Origin: an uncultured delta proteobacterium | GTDB taxonomy: Bacteria > Desulfobacterota > RBG-13-43-22 | Direction of reading: 5' to 3' | Assembly: GCA_963790475.1 (NCBI GenBank) | Contig: CAWBOS010000015.1 | Location: 544,001-608,000, forward strand | DNA length: 64,000 nucleotides | Part shown: positions 31,102 through 39,992 of the stretch, piece by piece | Position numbering within the stretch: the stretch's first letter is position 1 | How the letters are laid out: every line of letters starts with the position of its first letter | Program-made: the position numbers and the translations under genes | Notes under the pieces: generated by a model | Told to the model about the DNA's origin: nothing | The model's input: only the letters and a program-made list of their open reading frames with translations | Databases searched by the model: none

Positions 31102-31227
31102 GTTCAAAATGAAACGCTAAAGAAGGGCAAATACAGGGTGTCTTCCGAATACATTTCAAATAAATTAATAATTATAATAGTTTAATTTAAGGAAACTATC
31201 GTCGAGGGGAAATTTTCAAAATGGAAC
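31102..31227. promoter_or_regulatory. Two candidate enhancer-binding-protein sites
   Basis: Near-palindromes GTTCAAAATGAAAC (31102-31115) and TTTCAAAATGGAAC (31214-31227) upstream of the candidate promoter, with an AT-rich tract between them. Confidence 0.45.
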
Positions 31228-31272
31228 AAATGGTTCTGAAAAAAATCGATAGAGGTTCGGTGCAGGGATCAC

Positions 31273-32628
31273 TTACTCTTTATCCAGCCCGTAGCGCAAA
31301 ATCTTCCTCCATAAGGTGGTGCGAGACATTTTTAGGATGCGGGCGGTTTCCATTTTATTATATTGCGTGGTCTCCAATAATTTCCGGATATATTCTTTTT
31401 CATTTTCCTCCCAGGACAGCCATTGGATGGATCCATAGGTTTCCACATCAAACTGCCTCAAGTCTTCAGGAAGATCCGCAGGGCCGATGAGCACTCCTTC
31501 CGACAAGGCCACGGCGCTGGCCACAATATTTTCCAATTCGCGGACATTGCCCGGGAAGGAGTACTTCATTAAGGTTTCCAGGGTTTCCCGGGCAAACCCC
31601 TGGACCTTTTTTTTGTAAGCGCGATTGTATTTGAGCAGAAAATGATTCAGCAACAGGGGGATATCTTCTTTGCGTTCCCTTAAAGGGGGGACCTTTATAA
31701 GAACCACCTTCAATCGGTAGAAAAGGTCCTGACGGAAGCGGCCCAACTCCACCTCCTTTTCCAATTCCCGGTTGGTGGCACTGATGATCCGGATATCCAG
31801 ATCAATCGGTTTGGTACTGCCCAGGCGAAGTAATTTTTTCTCCTGAATCACCCGCAGGAGTTTTACCTGCATGGTCGGGGGCATTTCACCGATTTCATCC
31901 ATGAAAAGGGTCCCCCTCTGGGCCGCCTCCATAAGTCCTATTTTGGTGGAATCGGCCCCGGTAAAGGCCCCTTTTTCATGACCGAAGAGTTCATTGGCGA
32001 TCAGGGCTTCTGAAAATCCCCCGCAATTAAAAACCACAAAAGGGGAGGATAACCGGGCACTGTTGAAATGAATAGCCCGGGCCACCAGTTCTTTTCCGGT
32101 CCCGCTTTCCCCCTGGATAACCACATTACAATCAATCTGAGAAACCTTGTCGATAGCCGACAACATTTCCTTGATCTTGGGGCTGATCCCAACGATCCCT
32201 TGGTATTGAATCTTTTGATTGACTTCCTCCCGCAGTTTTTTGTTCTCGGAAGATATCTGGATATGATCCTGGGCCCGTTTCACCACAGCCCGAACCTGAT
32301 CCGGGGTAAAGGGTTTGGACAGGTAATAGAAAGCCCCTTTTTTGACCGCCTCCACGGCCTGATCCAGGGTGGCATAACCGGTAATGAGGATGACTTCTGT
32401 CCCGGGGTATTCGTTTTTGATCCGGTTCAATATTTCCAGGCCGTCAATATCCGGCAGGCAAATATCCGTCAGGACCAAGTGGAAAGGGTGTTGGGCCATC
32501 CGTTCCAAGGCCGGCCTTCCCGCCCCGAAAGTTTCGATATCAAAACCGCTTCGTCGGAAAACTTGTCTGAGTCTCTGACAAACCAGGGGTTCATCGTCAA
32601 TGACGGCCATACGTATTTTTTCGGTCAT
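31273..32628 (-). CDS. Sigma54-dependent response regulator (NtrC family)
   Basis: Receiver domain, [37 protein letters not shown], Fis-type HTH. Confidence 0.95.
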   Translation of the reverse strand: MTEKIRMAVIDDEPLVCQRLRQVFRRSGFDIETFGAGRPALERMAQHPFHLVLTDICLPDIDGLEILNRIKNEYPGTEVILITGYATLDQAVEAVKKGAFYYLSKPFTPDQVRAVVKRAQDHIQISSENKKLREEVNQKIQYQGIVGISPKIKEMLSAIDKVSQIDCNVVIQGESGTGKELVARAIHFNSARLSSPFVVFNCGGFSEALIANELFGHEKGAFTGADSTKIGLMEAAQRGTLFMDEIGEMPPTMQVKLLRVIQEKKLLRLGSTKPIDLDIRIISATNRELEKEVELGRFRQDLFYRLKVVLIKVPPLRERKEDIPLLLNHFLLKYNRAYKKKVQGFARETLETLMKYSFPGNVRELENIVASAVALSEGVLIGPADLPEDLRQFDVETYGSIQWLSWEENEKEYIRKLLETTQYNKMETARILKMSRTTLWRKILRYGLDKE

Positions 32629-32728
32629 GGGATTGTCCTTGTTTCCTGTCCGATCTTTATATATAATTTATGGCAACGGTTTACAACCCTAAACCGAAAC
32701 CGGCCCAGGGTATGGCAGGAGATCAATT

Positions 32729-34282
32729 ATGACACCGGAAAACCCCTCTGACCCTCAGGGAATTCCAGCAACTTCCCCAAAGGATTCCCTTTCTTCTTCA
32801 TCCGGCAGACCCCTCCTGGGAATACGGACCCGTATCACCTTGGGTTTCTTTATCTGCTTTCTGATGGCCTTGGGCATTACCTTGATATCGCTTTATGTGG
32901 TCGTCCTTTTGAAAGAAAAGCTGCATTTTCTTCAGGTGGCCGATAATTTTTCCGTTGAGATTCAACAGGCCCGAAGATTCGAAAAGAATTATTTTCTTTA
33001 CGGAACTAATCTGCCGGAGGCGGCCAACCATGTCAATACCGCCCTTACCCTCCTCCAAACCAATGTCCTTCAACTCAAAGGGGTGATCGGAAAACCCAAT
33101 TATGACGCCTTAATTAACCACACCGAGACTTATCAAAAACTCCTGGAAAACCTTCAAACCCTGGATAAAAACAGAAAGAAGGCCCTGGCTGCTCAAAAAG
33201 GGAAACTGGAATCCGACCTGCGGATTCATGGGAGCGAGATGATTTCTCTGGCCTTCAGCCTGGTTCAAAAAGAGCGCCAGACGGTTGAAGAAATGCTGCA
33301 ATGGTCCCGGCGGGTGCCGATCTTTTTTTTGATCTTTCTTTTTTTCCTGATGATTTACCTGGCCCATCTCCTTTCCCGGCAAATATTGGCCCCTTTAAAT
33401 AAAATTCTGAAATATACGCAGCGTATCGCCAAGGGAGATTTTACCCCCGAAGTCCCTTCCCGCTCTTATCGCGATGAATTCTCTGATTTGCTGTCGGCCA
33501 TCAACCGGATGCTGGAGGAATTGGCCCATCATCAGGAAATATTGATCCAGTCCCATAAGCTTCGGGCGGTAGGGACCCTAACCGCCGGCGTGGCCCATGA
33601 ATTGAACAATCCCATTAACAACATCACCCTTACCGCCCACATGCTGTTGGAAGAATACCAGGAAATTTCCGATGAAGAACGCCGGGAAATGATCCTCGAT
33701 CTCATCAGCCAGGCCGATCGTTCCCAATCCATCGTCCGCAACCTATTGGATTTTGCCCGGGAAAGTGAATCAAAGATAGAATCTCTCGATTTAGGCGCCT
33801 TGATCCAGGAAACCGTCAAATTGGCCGGTAATCAAATCAAGCTGGCCGGGGTTCATCTGGATGTCAGTATCCTGCCCAATCTTCCCCGTATTCATGGCGA
33901 TCATCAGCAATTGAGCCAGGTTTTTCTGAATATTCTCTTAAACGCCCTTGATGTGATTCCCAAAGGGGGAAGGATTCAAGTCTCCGTAGCCCATGAAGAC
34001 CCCAACTTTGTAGCCGCCAAGATCACCGACAACGGGCCGGGGATTCCTGAACATATTCTCCCTAATATTTTTGATCCTTTCTTTACCACCAAAACTCGAG
34101 GAAAGGGCACGGGATTGGGCCTATCCGTTTCCCAGGGAATAATAGCCCGACATGGCGGGCAAATCCGGGTTTCCAGCAAGGAAGGTATCGGGACCACTTT
34201 TACCATCATTCTTCCCGTTACTACTATCCCGGCCCCGGAATTATCTTCAAAGCTTTTTGAAGACCGGCTATCGGCCAGGTAG
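32729..34282 (+). CDS. Membrane sensor histidine kinase (HAMP), paralogue of 21856..23403
   Basis: EIQQARRFEKNYFLY sensor motif, VAHELNNPI, DNGPG, FDPFFTTK, GTGLGL. Confidence 0.92.
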   Translation: MTPENPSDPQGIPATSPKDSLSSSSGRPLLGIRTRITLGFFICFLMALGITLISLYVVVLLKEKLHFLQVADNFSVEIQQARRFEKNYFLYGTNLPEAANHVNTALTLLQTNVLQLKGVIGKPNYDALINHTETYQKLLENLQTLDKNRKKALAAQKGKLESDLRIHGSEMISLAFSLVQKERQTVEEMLQWSRRVPIFFLIFLFFLMIYLAHLLSRQILAPLNKILKYTQRIAKGDFTPEVPSRSYRDEFSDLLSAINRMLEELAHHQEILIQSHKLRAVGTLTAGVAHELNNPINNITLTAHMLLEEYQEISDEERREMILDLISQADRSQSIVRNLLDFARESESKIESLDLGALIQETVKLAGNQIKLAGVHLDVSILPNLPRIHGDHQQLSQVFLNILLNALDVIPKGGRIQVSVAHEDPNFVAAKITDNGPGIPEHILPNIFDPFFTTKTRGKGTGLGLSVSQGIIARHGGQIRVSSKEGIGTTFTIILPVTTIPAPELSSKLFEDRLSAR

Positions 34283-34489
34283 TTGTATCCTGTCAAGTGA
34301 CACATCAGCATTTTTTTGAAAAATAATATTCTAATAGTTTAAATTTACTTTAGTTTACAAACTGAAACTTTTTGATTCACCATGAATAAGATAGGATTCA
34401 TCTTAGCGATTATGGCTTGACTTTACCGTTTCATTCTGTTACAAACCGGCCTTATTTAGGGTCAAAAAACGGTAAAAGGAGAAAGAAGC

Positions 34490-35431
34490 ATGGATATTTA
34501 TTTGCCCATCGCCAGCATGAGCATCAATATCTTTTTGCTCATAGGTCTGGGCGGGTTAGTCGGGTTTTTATCCGGGTTGTTCGGGGTGGGCGGAGGTTTT
34601 CTGCTCACACCTCTCCTGATTTTTTCAGGTATCCCCCCTACCGTTGCCGCAGCCAGTGATTCCAATCAGATCGTAGCTGCCGCCTCTTCCGGGGCTTATG
34701 CCCACAGCCGCATGGGAAATGTGGATTTGAAAATGGGTATCATCATCCTGGTGGGAGGGATCGTCGGCGGATCTATCGGGGTCCAGATCATCAAGGTCCT
34801 TAGGGTCATGGGGAATGTGGACTTTGTTATCAAACTGATTTATGTCATCATGCTGGGGTCCATCGGGTCCTTTATGTTTATTGAAAGCCTCAATGCCTTG
34901 AGACGGAGTAAAGTCCAGGTGGGAGAAGACGCCCATCCGCACGAACCGAAAGAATCATCGGTCCGGAAACTGGCGGCCAAACTCCCTTTGCAGATGCACT
35001 TTGAGAAATCCCGCATGTCCACCTCGGCCATTTTCCCTTTTGTTTTAGGGACCGCGGTGGGCATCCTGGCCGCCATCATGGGGGTAGGCGGGGGATTCAT
35101 TATGGTGCCTTCCATGATTTATATCCTCGGTATGCCGACCATCGTGGCTATCGGGACCGATCTGTTTCAGATCGTGTTGACCTGTATCAACGTCACCGTC
35201 CAACAGGCCATCCGAAACCATACGGTGGACCTGATCCTGGTGATCCTTCTCTTTATCGGATCCACGATCGGGGCTCAAGTCGGAGCGAGGGTCAGCCGGC
35301 ATTTGCGGGGGGAGCAATTACGTATCCTTCTGGCCGTCATTGTCTTAATCGTCATGGTCAAAATGTTGATTGATTTATTGGTGACACCCGATAACCTGAT
35401 CAGCCTGGCCAGGGGAGGGGGTGGCCACTGA
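34490..35431 (+). CDS. TauE/SafE family protein, paralogue of 20917..21852
   Basis: IYLPIA, SGLFGVGGGFLLTP, AAASDSNQIV, AAIMGVGGGFIMVP. Confidence 0.9.
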   Translation: MDIYLPIASMSINIFLLIGLGGLVGFLSGLFGVGGGFLLTPLLIFSGIPPTVAAASDSNQIVAAASSGAYAHSRMGNVDLKMGIIILVGGIVGGSIGVQIIKVLRVMGNVDFVIKLIYVIMLGSIGSFMFIESLNALRRSKVQVGEDAHPHEPKESSVRKLAAKLPLQMHFEKSRMSTSAIFPFVLGTAVGILAAIMGVGGGFIMVPSMIYILGMPTIVAIGTDLFQIVLTCINVTVQQAIRNHTVDLILVILLFIGSTIGAQVGARVSRHLRGEQLRILLAVIVLIVMVKMLIDLLVTPDNLISLARGGGGH

Positions 35432-36303
35432 TGGAACGAAAGGAGGTTCAAGGTTCAAGGTTCAAGGTTCAAGGTTTTGAAAAATCCAATTCGATGTTTG
35501 ACGGCGTCCCATTAATAAGAGGACATAAGATGCTGGCTTTTATGGGTATCGTTTTAATAGTCCTCCTGGTAACCAGTCACTATGGACTGGCAGGGACCCT
35601 GAGTTTCCAGCCCGCTTCTTTGGAAAGAACCCTCTTTTCCAAACGGTTCCAGGACCTGACGATCAGCGGTCCGGTCCCTGAAGGGGCTCAGGTCATTCTC
35701 AAAATCATTTCCCCAACGAAGACCTTCAATTTAAACAAGTCCGGTAAAGGGCTGGGATTCGTCTGGCTGCCCATCAGCCACGCCGAAGTCAAAAAACTTC
35801 CCGGCATGGTGGCCCTGCTCAGCTCCAGCAAAATATCGGGAATGCTCTCTCCCGAGCAACAAAAGGCCAATGGTCTTTCTCCGGATTACCAGGAAATCTA
35901 TACCCAGGCTGAAATCCATTTTAAAGACCCCCCCAAAGAAGCCGAGGTCGCCGCATTAAAAAAAGAATATATCGCCGGGCTGATTAAAATTATGGAGCAG
36001 GGCGGACTTTATCAGGTGAAAGAGGCGGCTGTACAATTATCCGGGAATCAATTTACCGCCCGGATCAAACAGCCGGCCGATGCCCCCTTGGGAGAATACC
36101 AGGTTTTTTGTTATGCCGTTAAAGAGGGCAACGTTGTTCTCCAGTCACAAGAAAAATTCCAGGTCAAACAAATCGGCTTGGCTGAGTGGCTTACCCATCA
36201 GGCCGGTTCTAATGCGGTGGTCTATGGATTCATGGCCGCGCTGATAGCTATTGCGGTTGGACTCCTGGTCGGGTTGGTATTTAAAAAAGGGGGGGGGCAC
36301 TAA
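35431..36303 (+). CDS. TIGR02186-like membrane-anchored protein (start uncertain; may be ATG near 35530)
   Basis: KSGKGLGFVWL, YG..AALIAI, KGGGH end; same position after TauE as 20120..20914. Confidence 0.7.
   Translation: MERKEVQGSRFKVQGFEKSNSMFDGVPLIRGHKMLAFMGIVLIVLLVTSHYGLAGTLSFQPASLERTLFSKRFQDLTISGPVPEGAQVILKIISPTKTFNLNKSGKGLGFVWLPISHAEVKKLPGMVALLSSSKISGMLSPEQQKANGLSPDYQEIYTQAEIHFKDPPKEAEVAALKKEYIAGLIKIMEQGGLYQVKEAAVQLSGNQFTARIKQPADAPLGEYQVFCYAVKEGNVVLQSQEKFQVKQIGLAEWLTHQAGSNAVVYGFMAALIAIAVGLLVGLVFKKGGGH
35444..35476 (+). repeat. Perfect heptamer tandem (AGGTTCA)x4 + AGGTT
   Basis: Read directly. Confidence 0.9.
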
Positions 36304-36385
36304 GAGACAGGGAGAAACGGAGACACGGAGAAGCCTTTTCTCCGCCTCCCTCCATCGCCGAGTCTCTTTTCATCGTGTCTCCCCC
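36304..36385. repeat. Inverted 8-mer repeat patch between convergent genes
   Basis: gagacagggagaaacggagacacggaga ... tctccgcctccctccatcgccgagtctc...gtgtctcc. Confidence 0.5.
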
Positions 36386-39015
36386 TCATTGCGTCGTCTG
36401 CTCTCAAAGTCGTTTTCTGATAGAGAAGTTTGTCCATCTTTTTTAAAGGAATAATTCCCGTCCATAAAGGCCCGGACATACCATTCCACCACCCCATCGC
36501 TATACATGACCATGTCCAGTTGCCGGGAACAGCACATCAGGCGGCCCAGGTAATCTAATTTTTCTTCCGTAACCCGCCCGGTGTATTTCATCAGCTTGGC
36601 CATGAGCCAATCCCCCTTCAACTCCACTTCAAAATCCAGGTTTTTCAAAACCCCACTGATAAACCGGGCCCGCCGCGCCCTGCGTTCGGAGCTGGAGCCT
36701 CCGCCCATAAAATGAAAAGTGATATAATTGTTATTTTTGGTTTCTGAGCAATAGGTATCGACCGTGCTGAAATGATAGGCCAAACGGGAACTAAAATTCA
36801 TGTAGTTTTTTGAGATCAGGGCATAACTGCGGTCCCCCATGGTCTGGCCATAGCGAGCGGAATCCGAAAGAGTGTTCAGCATGACCGAGGCAAACCCCTT
36901 CAAATCGACTTCCACCATACCGGTCCAGCTCACTCCCGGATGGGTCAATCCCCGCCAGAGGGCCTTCATGGGTATGGAGATGATTTCTTCCGGCTGGACA
37001 TTCTTCCGCGGCCTATTCGATGGGGTCAGACCACCCTCTAGATCAATCATATAGAGATTGATCGGGATGTCGGAGATCAATCTCTTGGCTTGCTCTTTTT
37101 TAGAGGCTTTTTCCACTTCATTAAACCGGAACATCTCCTGGATGGAAATCTCATGGATGTAGCGGGTGATATCATGGAAGGTGCGGCAGTTTTGTGATTG
37201 AAAAGATGCATCCCGGGGATCGACTAACTTTAAAGGAACGATGACCGAAAGGACCTCTTCCAGTTTTTTCAGGATCGCCGTCTGCTTGAGATTGCTTTCC
37301 ACTTTCCCTTTTTCTTTTTCGATTAATTCCTCAATGACCCCCTGATAGATTTTATTCCTGATGGCATCCACGGTTACTAATTGCCCTGTTTTAAGCAGTT
37401 GGGTGGCTTCCCGGGTATCGACAATGGTCGGGATTTGAAATTCTCTGGCCAGAGAAGCCATATGACCGGTGACATTCCCGATATCGGTTATGATAGCCGC
37501 AGCCCGATTCATGACCGTCACATATTTGGGGGCCGTATGTTTAACGACCAGGACCCCTCCTTCAGGAAACTGGATCAGATCCTGATCCTGTCTAACCAGG
37601 ACCACCGGGCCAGCCCCGATCCCGGGAGAGGCCACCACGCCCCAATCGATCAGGACCTGATCAGGGCCAATCTCCGGAAGAGCGGTTTCTTCTGCCCCGA
37701 TCTTCGATGAAGATATTTTCAAGGGACGGGTCTGGAGGAGAAAAAGTTCCCCCGCCTCATCAATAGCCCATTCAATATCCTGGGGTTTCTGATAGTGGTT
37801 TTCCAATTTAAGACCGTATTCAAATAATTGCTGAAGGGTCTCATCATTCAGACAGGGTTTCCCCTGGTCTTCTTCCGGGACATGGGTTTCCATAACCCCG
37901 GCCAATGGATGACTGACCAGCATAACCTCTTGTCTGGGGATCCTTTTTTCCAGAATCCGACCGTTTTCTTTGGATATGACATAGACATTGGGACTGACCT
38001 GACCGCTTACCGCATATTGGCCTAATCCCCAGACGGCGCTGATAATGACCGTGCTTTGAGCAAGGTTGTTCGGATCCTGGGTATACATAATCCCGCTGGT
38101 TCTGGCGGAAATCATGGACAGACACCCCACGCTCATGGCGATGTCTTCCTCGTTAAATCCTTTATCTTTCCAGTAGAAGATGGCCCGGGGGGTGAACTTA
38201 CTGGCCACGATTTCCTTATAGGTTTGCAGGAGATTGTCGCGATGGACATTCAGGGCTGTGGCATATTGCCCGGCAAAAGTCATCTCACTGTCCTCCCCGA
38301 CCGCGCTGCTTCGGATGGAGATAGGGATTTTCCCCCCGGCCTTGGCCATGAGCTGCTCGTAAGAGTCCAGTATGGCCTTTTCCAGGGTTGGAGGTATTTT
38401 GGCCAGGAGGATGGATTGTTGGATTTTTTTACCGGCCAGGGCAATGGCTTCCAAGTCGCTTCCGTCTAATGAATCCAATTGTTTTCGGATTTGCTTTTCC
38501 AGGTCGTTTTCCCCGATAAAGATCTTGTAGGCATAGGAGGTGATGGCAAACCCATCGGGAACCGGCAGCCCGACCCGGTTTCTCATTTCCCCGAGATTGG
38601 CATTTTTACCCCCTACCTGGTCCATCATATCCCGGGTGATCTTGTTAAGGGAAAGGGTAAAGGAGGAGAATGGGATCTCTTTCCTGCCGAAGACCGTTTG
38701 TTTAACGGTTTGATCAACTTGGTCAAAAACATCATAAAGGAGGCCGAACCTTTTGGGAGCCATCCGGTTCAAGGCCTCCACCATTTCGAAGACCCGGTCT
38801 CTTAACCGGGCATAACCGGCCCGAATATACTGACGGTCGAATATATATTCCCCGCTGGAATATTTTTCCTCCATATCCCCCATAACCTCCAGGGCCTCAT
38901 TGTTGGCTTGAAGAAGGGACTGGAAGGCCCGGAACCTTTCCTGGAGGGAGGGAACCTTCTCCTGGTTCTTTCTTAAATATCTGTTGCGGGATAGGAAGTT
39001 AGAAAAATTTATCAT
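36370..39015 (-). CDS. PEP-synthase/PPDK-like protein 3
   Basis: VGGKNANLGEM, SIRSSAVGED..FAGQY, QDIEW, LQTRP, VTGHMASLARE and the shared C-terminal domain. Confidence 0.87.
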   Translation of the reverse strand: MINFSNFLSRNRYLRKNQEKVPSLQERFRAFQSLLQANNEALEVMGDMEEKYSSGEYIFDRQYIRAGYARLRDRVFEMVEALNRMAPKRFGLLYDVFDQVDQTVKQTVFGRKEIPFSSFTLSLNKITRDMMDQVGGKNANLGEMRNRVGLPVPDGFAITSYAYKIFIGENDLEKQIRKQLDSLDGSDLEAIALAGKKIQQSILLAKIPPTLEKAILDSYEQLMAKAGGKIPISIRSSAVGEDSEMTFAGQYATALNVHRDNLLQTYKEIVASKFTPRAIFYWKDKGFNEEDIAMSVGCLSMISARTSGIMYTQDPNNLAQSTVIISAVWGLGQYAVSGQVSPNVYVISKENGRILEKRIPRQEVMLVSHPLAGVMETHVPEEDQGKPCLNDETLQQLFEYGLKLENHYQKPQDIEWAIDEAGELFLLQTRPLKISSSKIGAEETALPEIGPDQVLIDWGVVASPGIGAGPVVLVRQDQDLIQFPEGGVLVVKHTAPKYVTVMNRAAAIITDIGNVTGHMASLAREFQIPTIVDTREATQLLKTGQLVTVDAIRNKIYQGVIEELIEKEKGKVESNLKQTAILKKLEEVLSVIVPLKLVDPRDASFQSQNCRTFHDITRYIHEISIQEMFRFNEVEKASKKEQAKRLISDIPINLYMIDLEGGLTPSNRPRKNVQPEEIISIPMKALWRGLTHPGVSWTGMVEVDLKGFASVMLNTLSDSARYGQTMGDRSYALISKNYMNFSSRLAYHFSTVDTYCSETKNNNYITFHFMGGGSSSERRARRARFISGVLKNLDFEVELKGDWLMAKLMKYTGRVTEEKLDYLGRLMCCSRQLDMVMYSDGVVEWYVRAFMDGNYSFKKDGQTSLSENDFESRRRNEGETR

Positions 39016-39095
39016 AATTCAATTTATATCTTCTTGGCCGTTGGGAATAATCGCTCGCAGATTTATCACTGGAGGATTGATTGTTGGGTTGGATT

Positions 39096-39518
39096 TTATT
39101 TCGACCCTGGGTTTAATTGGGCTTTAAGGTTCTTTATTTCCTTTTTCATGGCCTCCCATTCCATAGCCCGATTGATGGTGATAATGATCTGATCTTTTCG
39201 AAAAGGTTTGGTTATATAATCATAAGCCCCTTCGGTAATCGATTCTTCCGCCGATTGAGATGAGCCGTAAGCGGTTATGACAATGACCGGGATATCCGGA
39301 TCGATTTTTTTGGTCTCTCGTATCAGATCAATCCCATTCAATCCCGGCATGCGAAGATCGGTGATCAACAGGTCGAAAGGCTCCCCCTTCAGCAAAGGGG
39401 GGACCTCCAGAGGATTATTGGTGGTCACTACCTGGTGGGGCGTCCTTTCGACAATGATCATCTCTAACAGTTCCAGAATATCCGGCTCGTCATCCACAAT
39501 CAGGATTTTTCCTCCCAT
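39096..39518 (-). CDS. Stand-alone response-regulator receiver protein
   Basis: IVDDE, ITDLRMP, ITAYG, TKPF, short coiled tail. Confidence 0.9.
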   Translation of the reverse strand: MGGKILIVDDEPDILELLEMIIVERTPHQVVTTNNPLEVPPLLKGEPFDLLITDLRMPGLNGIDLIRETKKIDPDIPVIVITAYGSSQSAEESITEGAYDYITKPFRKDQIIITINRAMEWEAMKKEIKNLKAQLNPGSK

Positions 39519-39556
39519 AGCATCCCCCTTTTATTTTTATCAAAAAACCTCTGGGG

Positions 39557-39991
39557 CTACCCGGCGGAACCCTTTTTAAACTTTTCCAGTTCGGCCTTAA
39601 GGGCAATATTCTCTTTTTGAAGCCGTCTCCATTTCATGACTTTTTCAATAGTCAGCAGAATCTGTTCCTGGCGGAAAGGCTTGGTGATGTAGTCGAAGGC
39701 CCCTTTACGCATGGCTTCCACTGCCGACTCGATGGTTCCATAGGCCGTAATAATGATAAAAGGGAGTTGATCGTCAACCTGTTTGACCATCTCGATCAAT
39801 TCGATACCGTCGATATCGGGCATCCGAAGGTCGGTAATCATTAAATCAACGGGCTGCTTCTTCAACAAATCCGGCACTTCCAGAGGTGAATTGGTGGTGA
39901 TCACTTCGTATTCCGTCCGATCGGTGATAATCAATTCCAGCAGTTCCAGCATGTCGATTTCATCATCAACGATGAGAATCCTTTCAGCCAT
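39557..39991 (-). CDS. Stand-alone response-regulator receiver protein (tandem paralogue of 39096..39518)
   Basis: IVDDE, ITDLRMP, ITAYG, TKPF. Confidence 0.9.
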   Translation of the reverse strand: MAERILIVDDEIDMLELLELIITDRTEYEVITTNSPLEVPDLLKKQPVDLMITDLRMPDIDGIELIEMVKQVDDQLPFIIITAYGTIESAVEAMRKGAFDYITKPFRQEQILLTIEKVMKWRRLQKENIALKAELEKFKKGSAG

Positions 39992-39992
39992 C

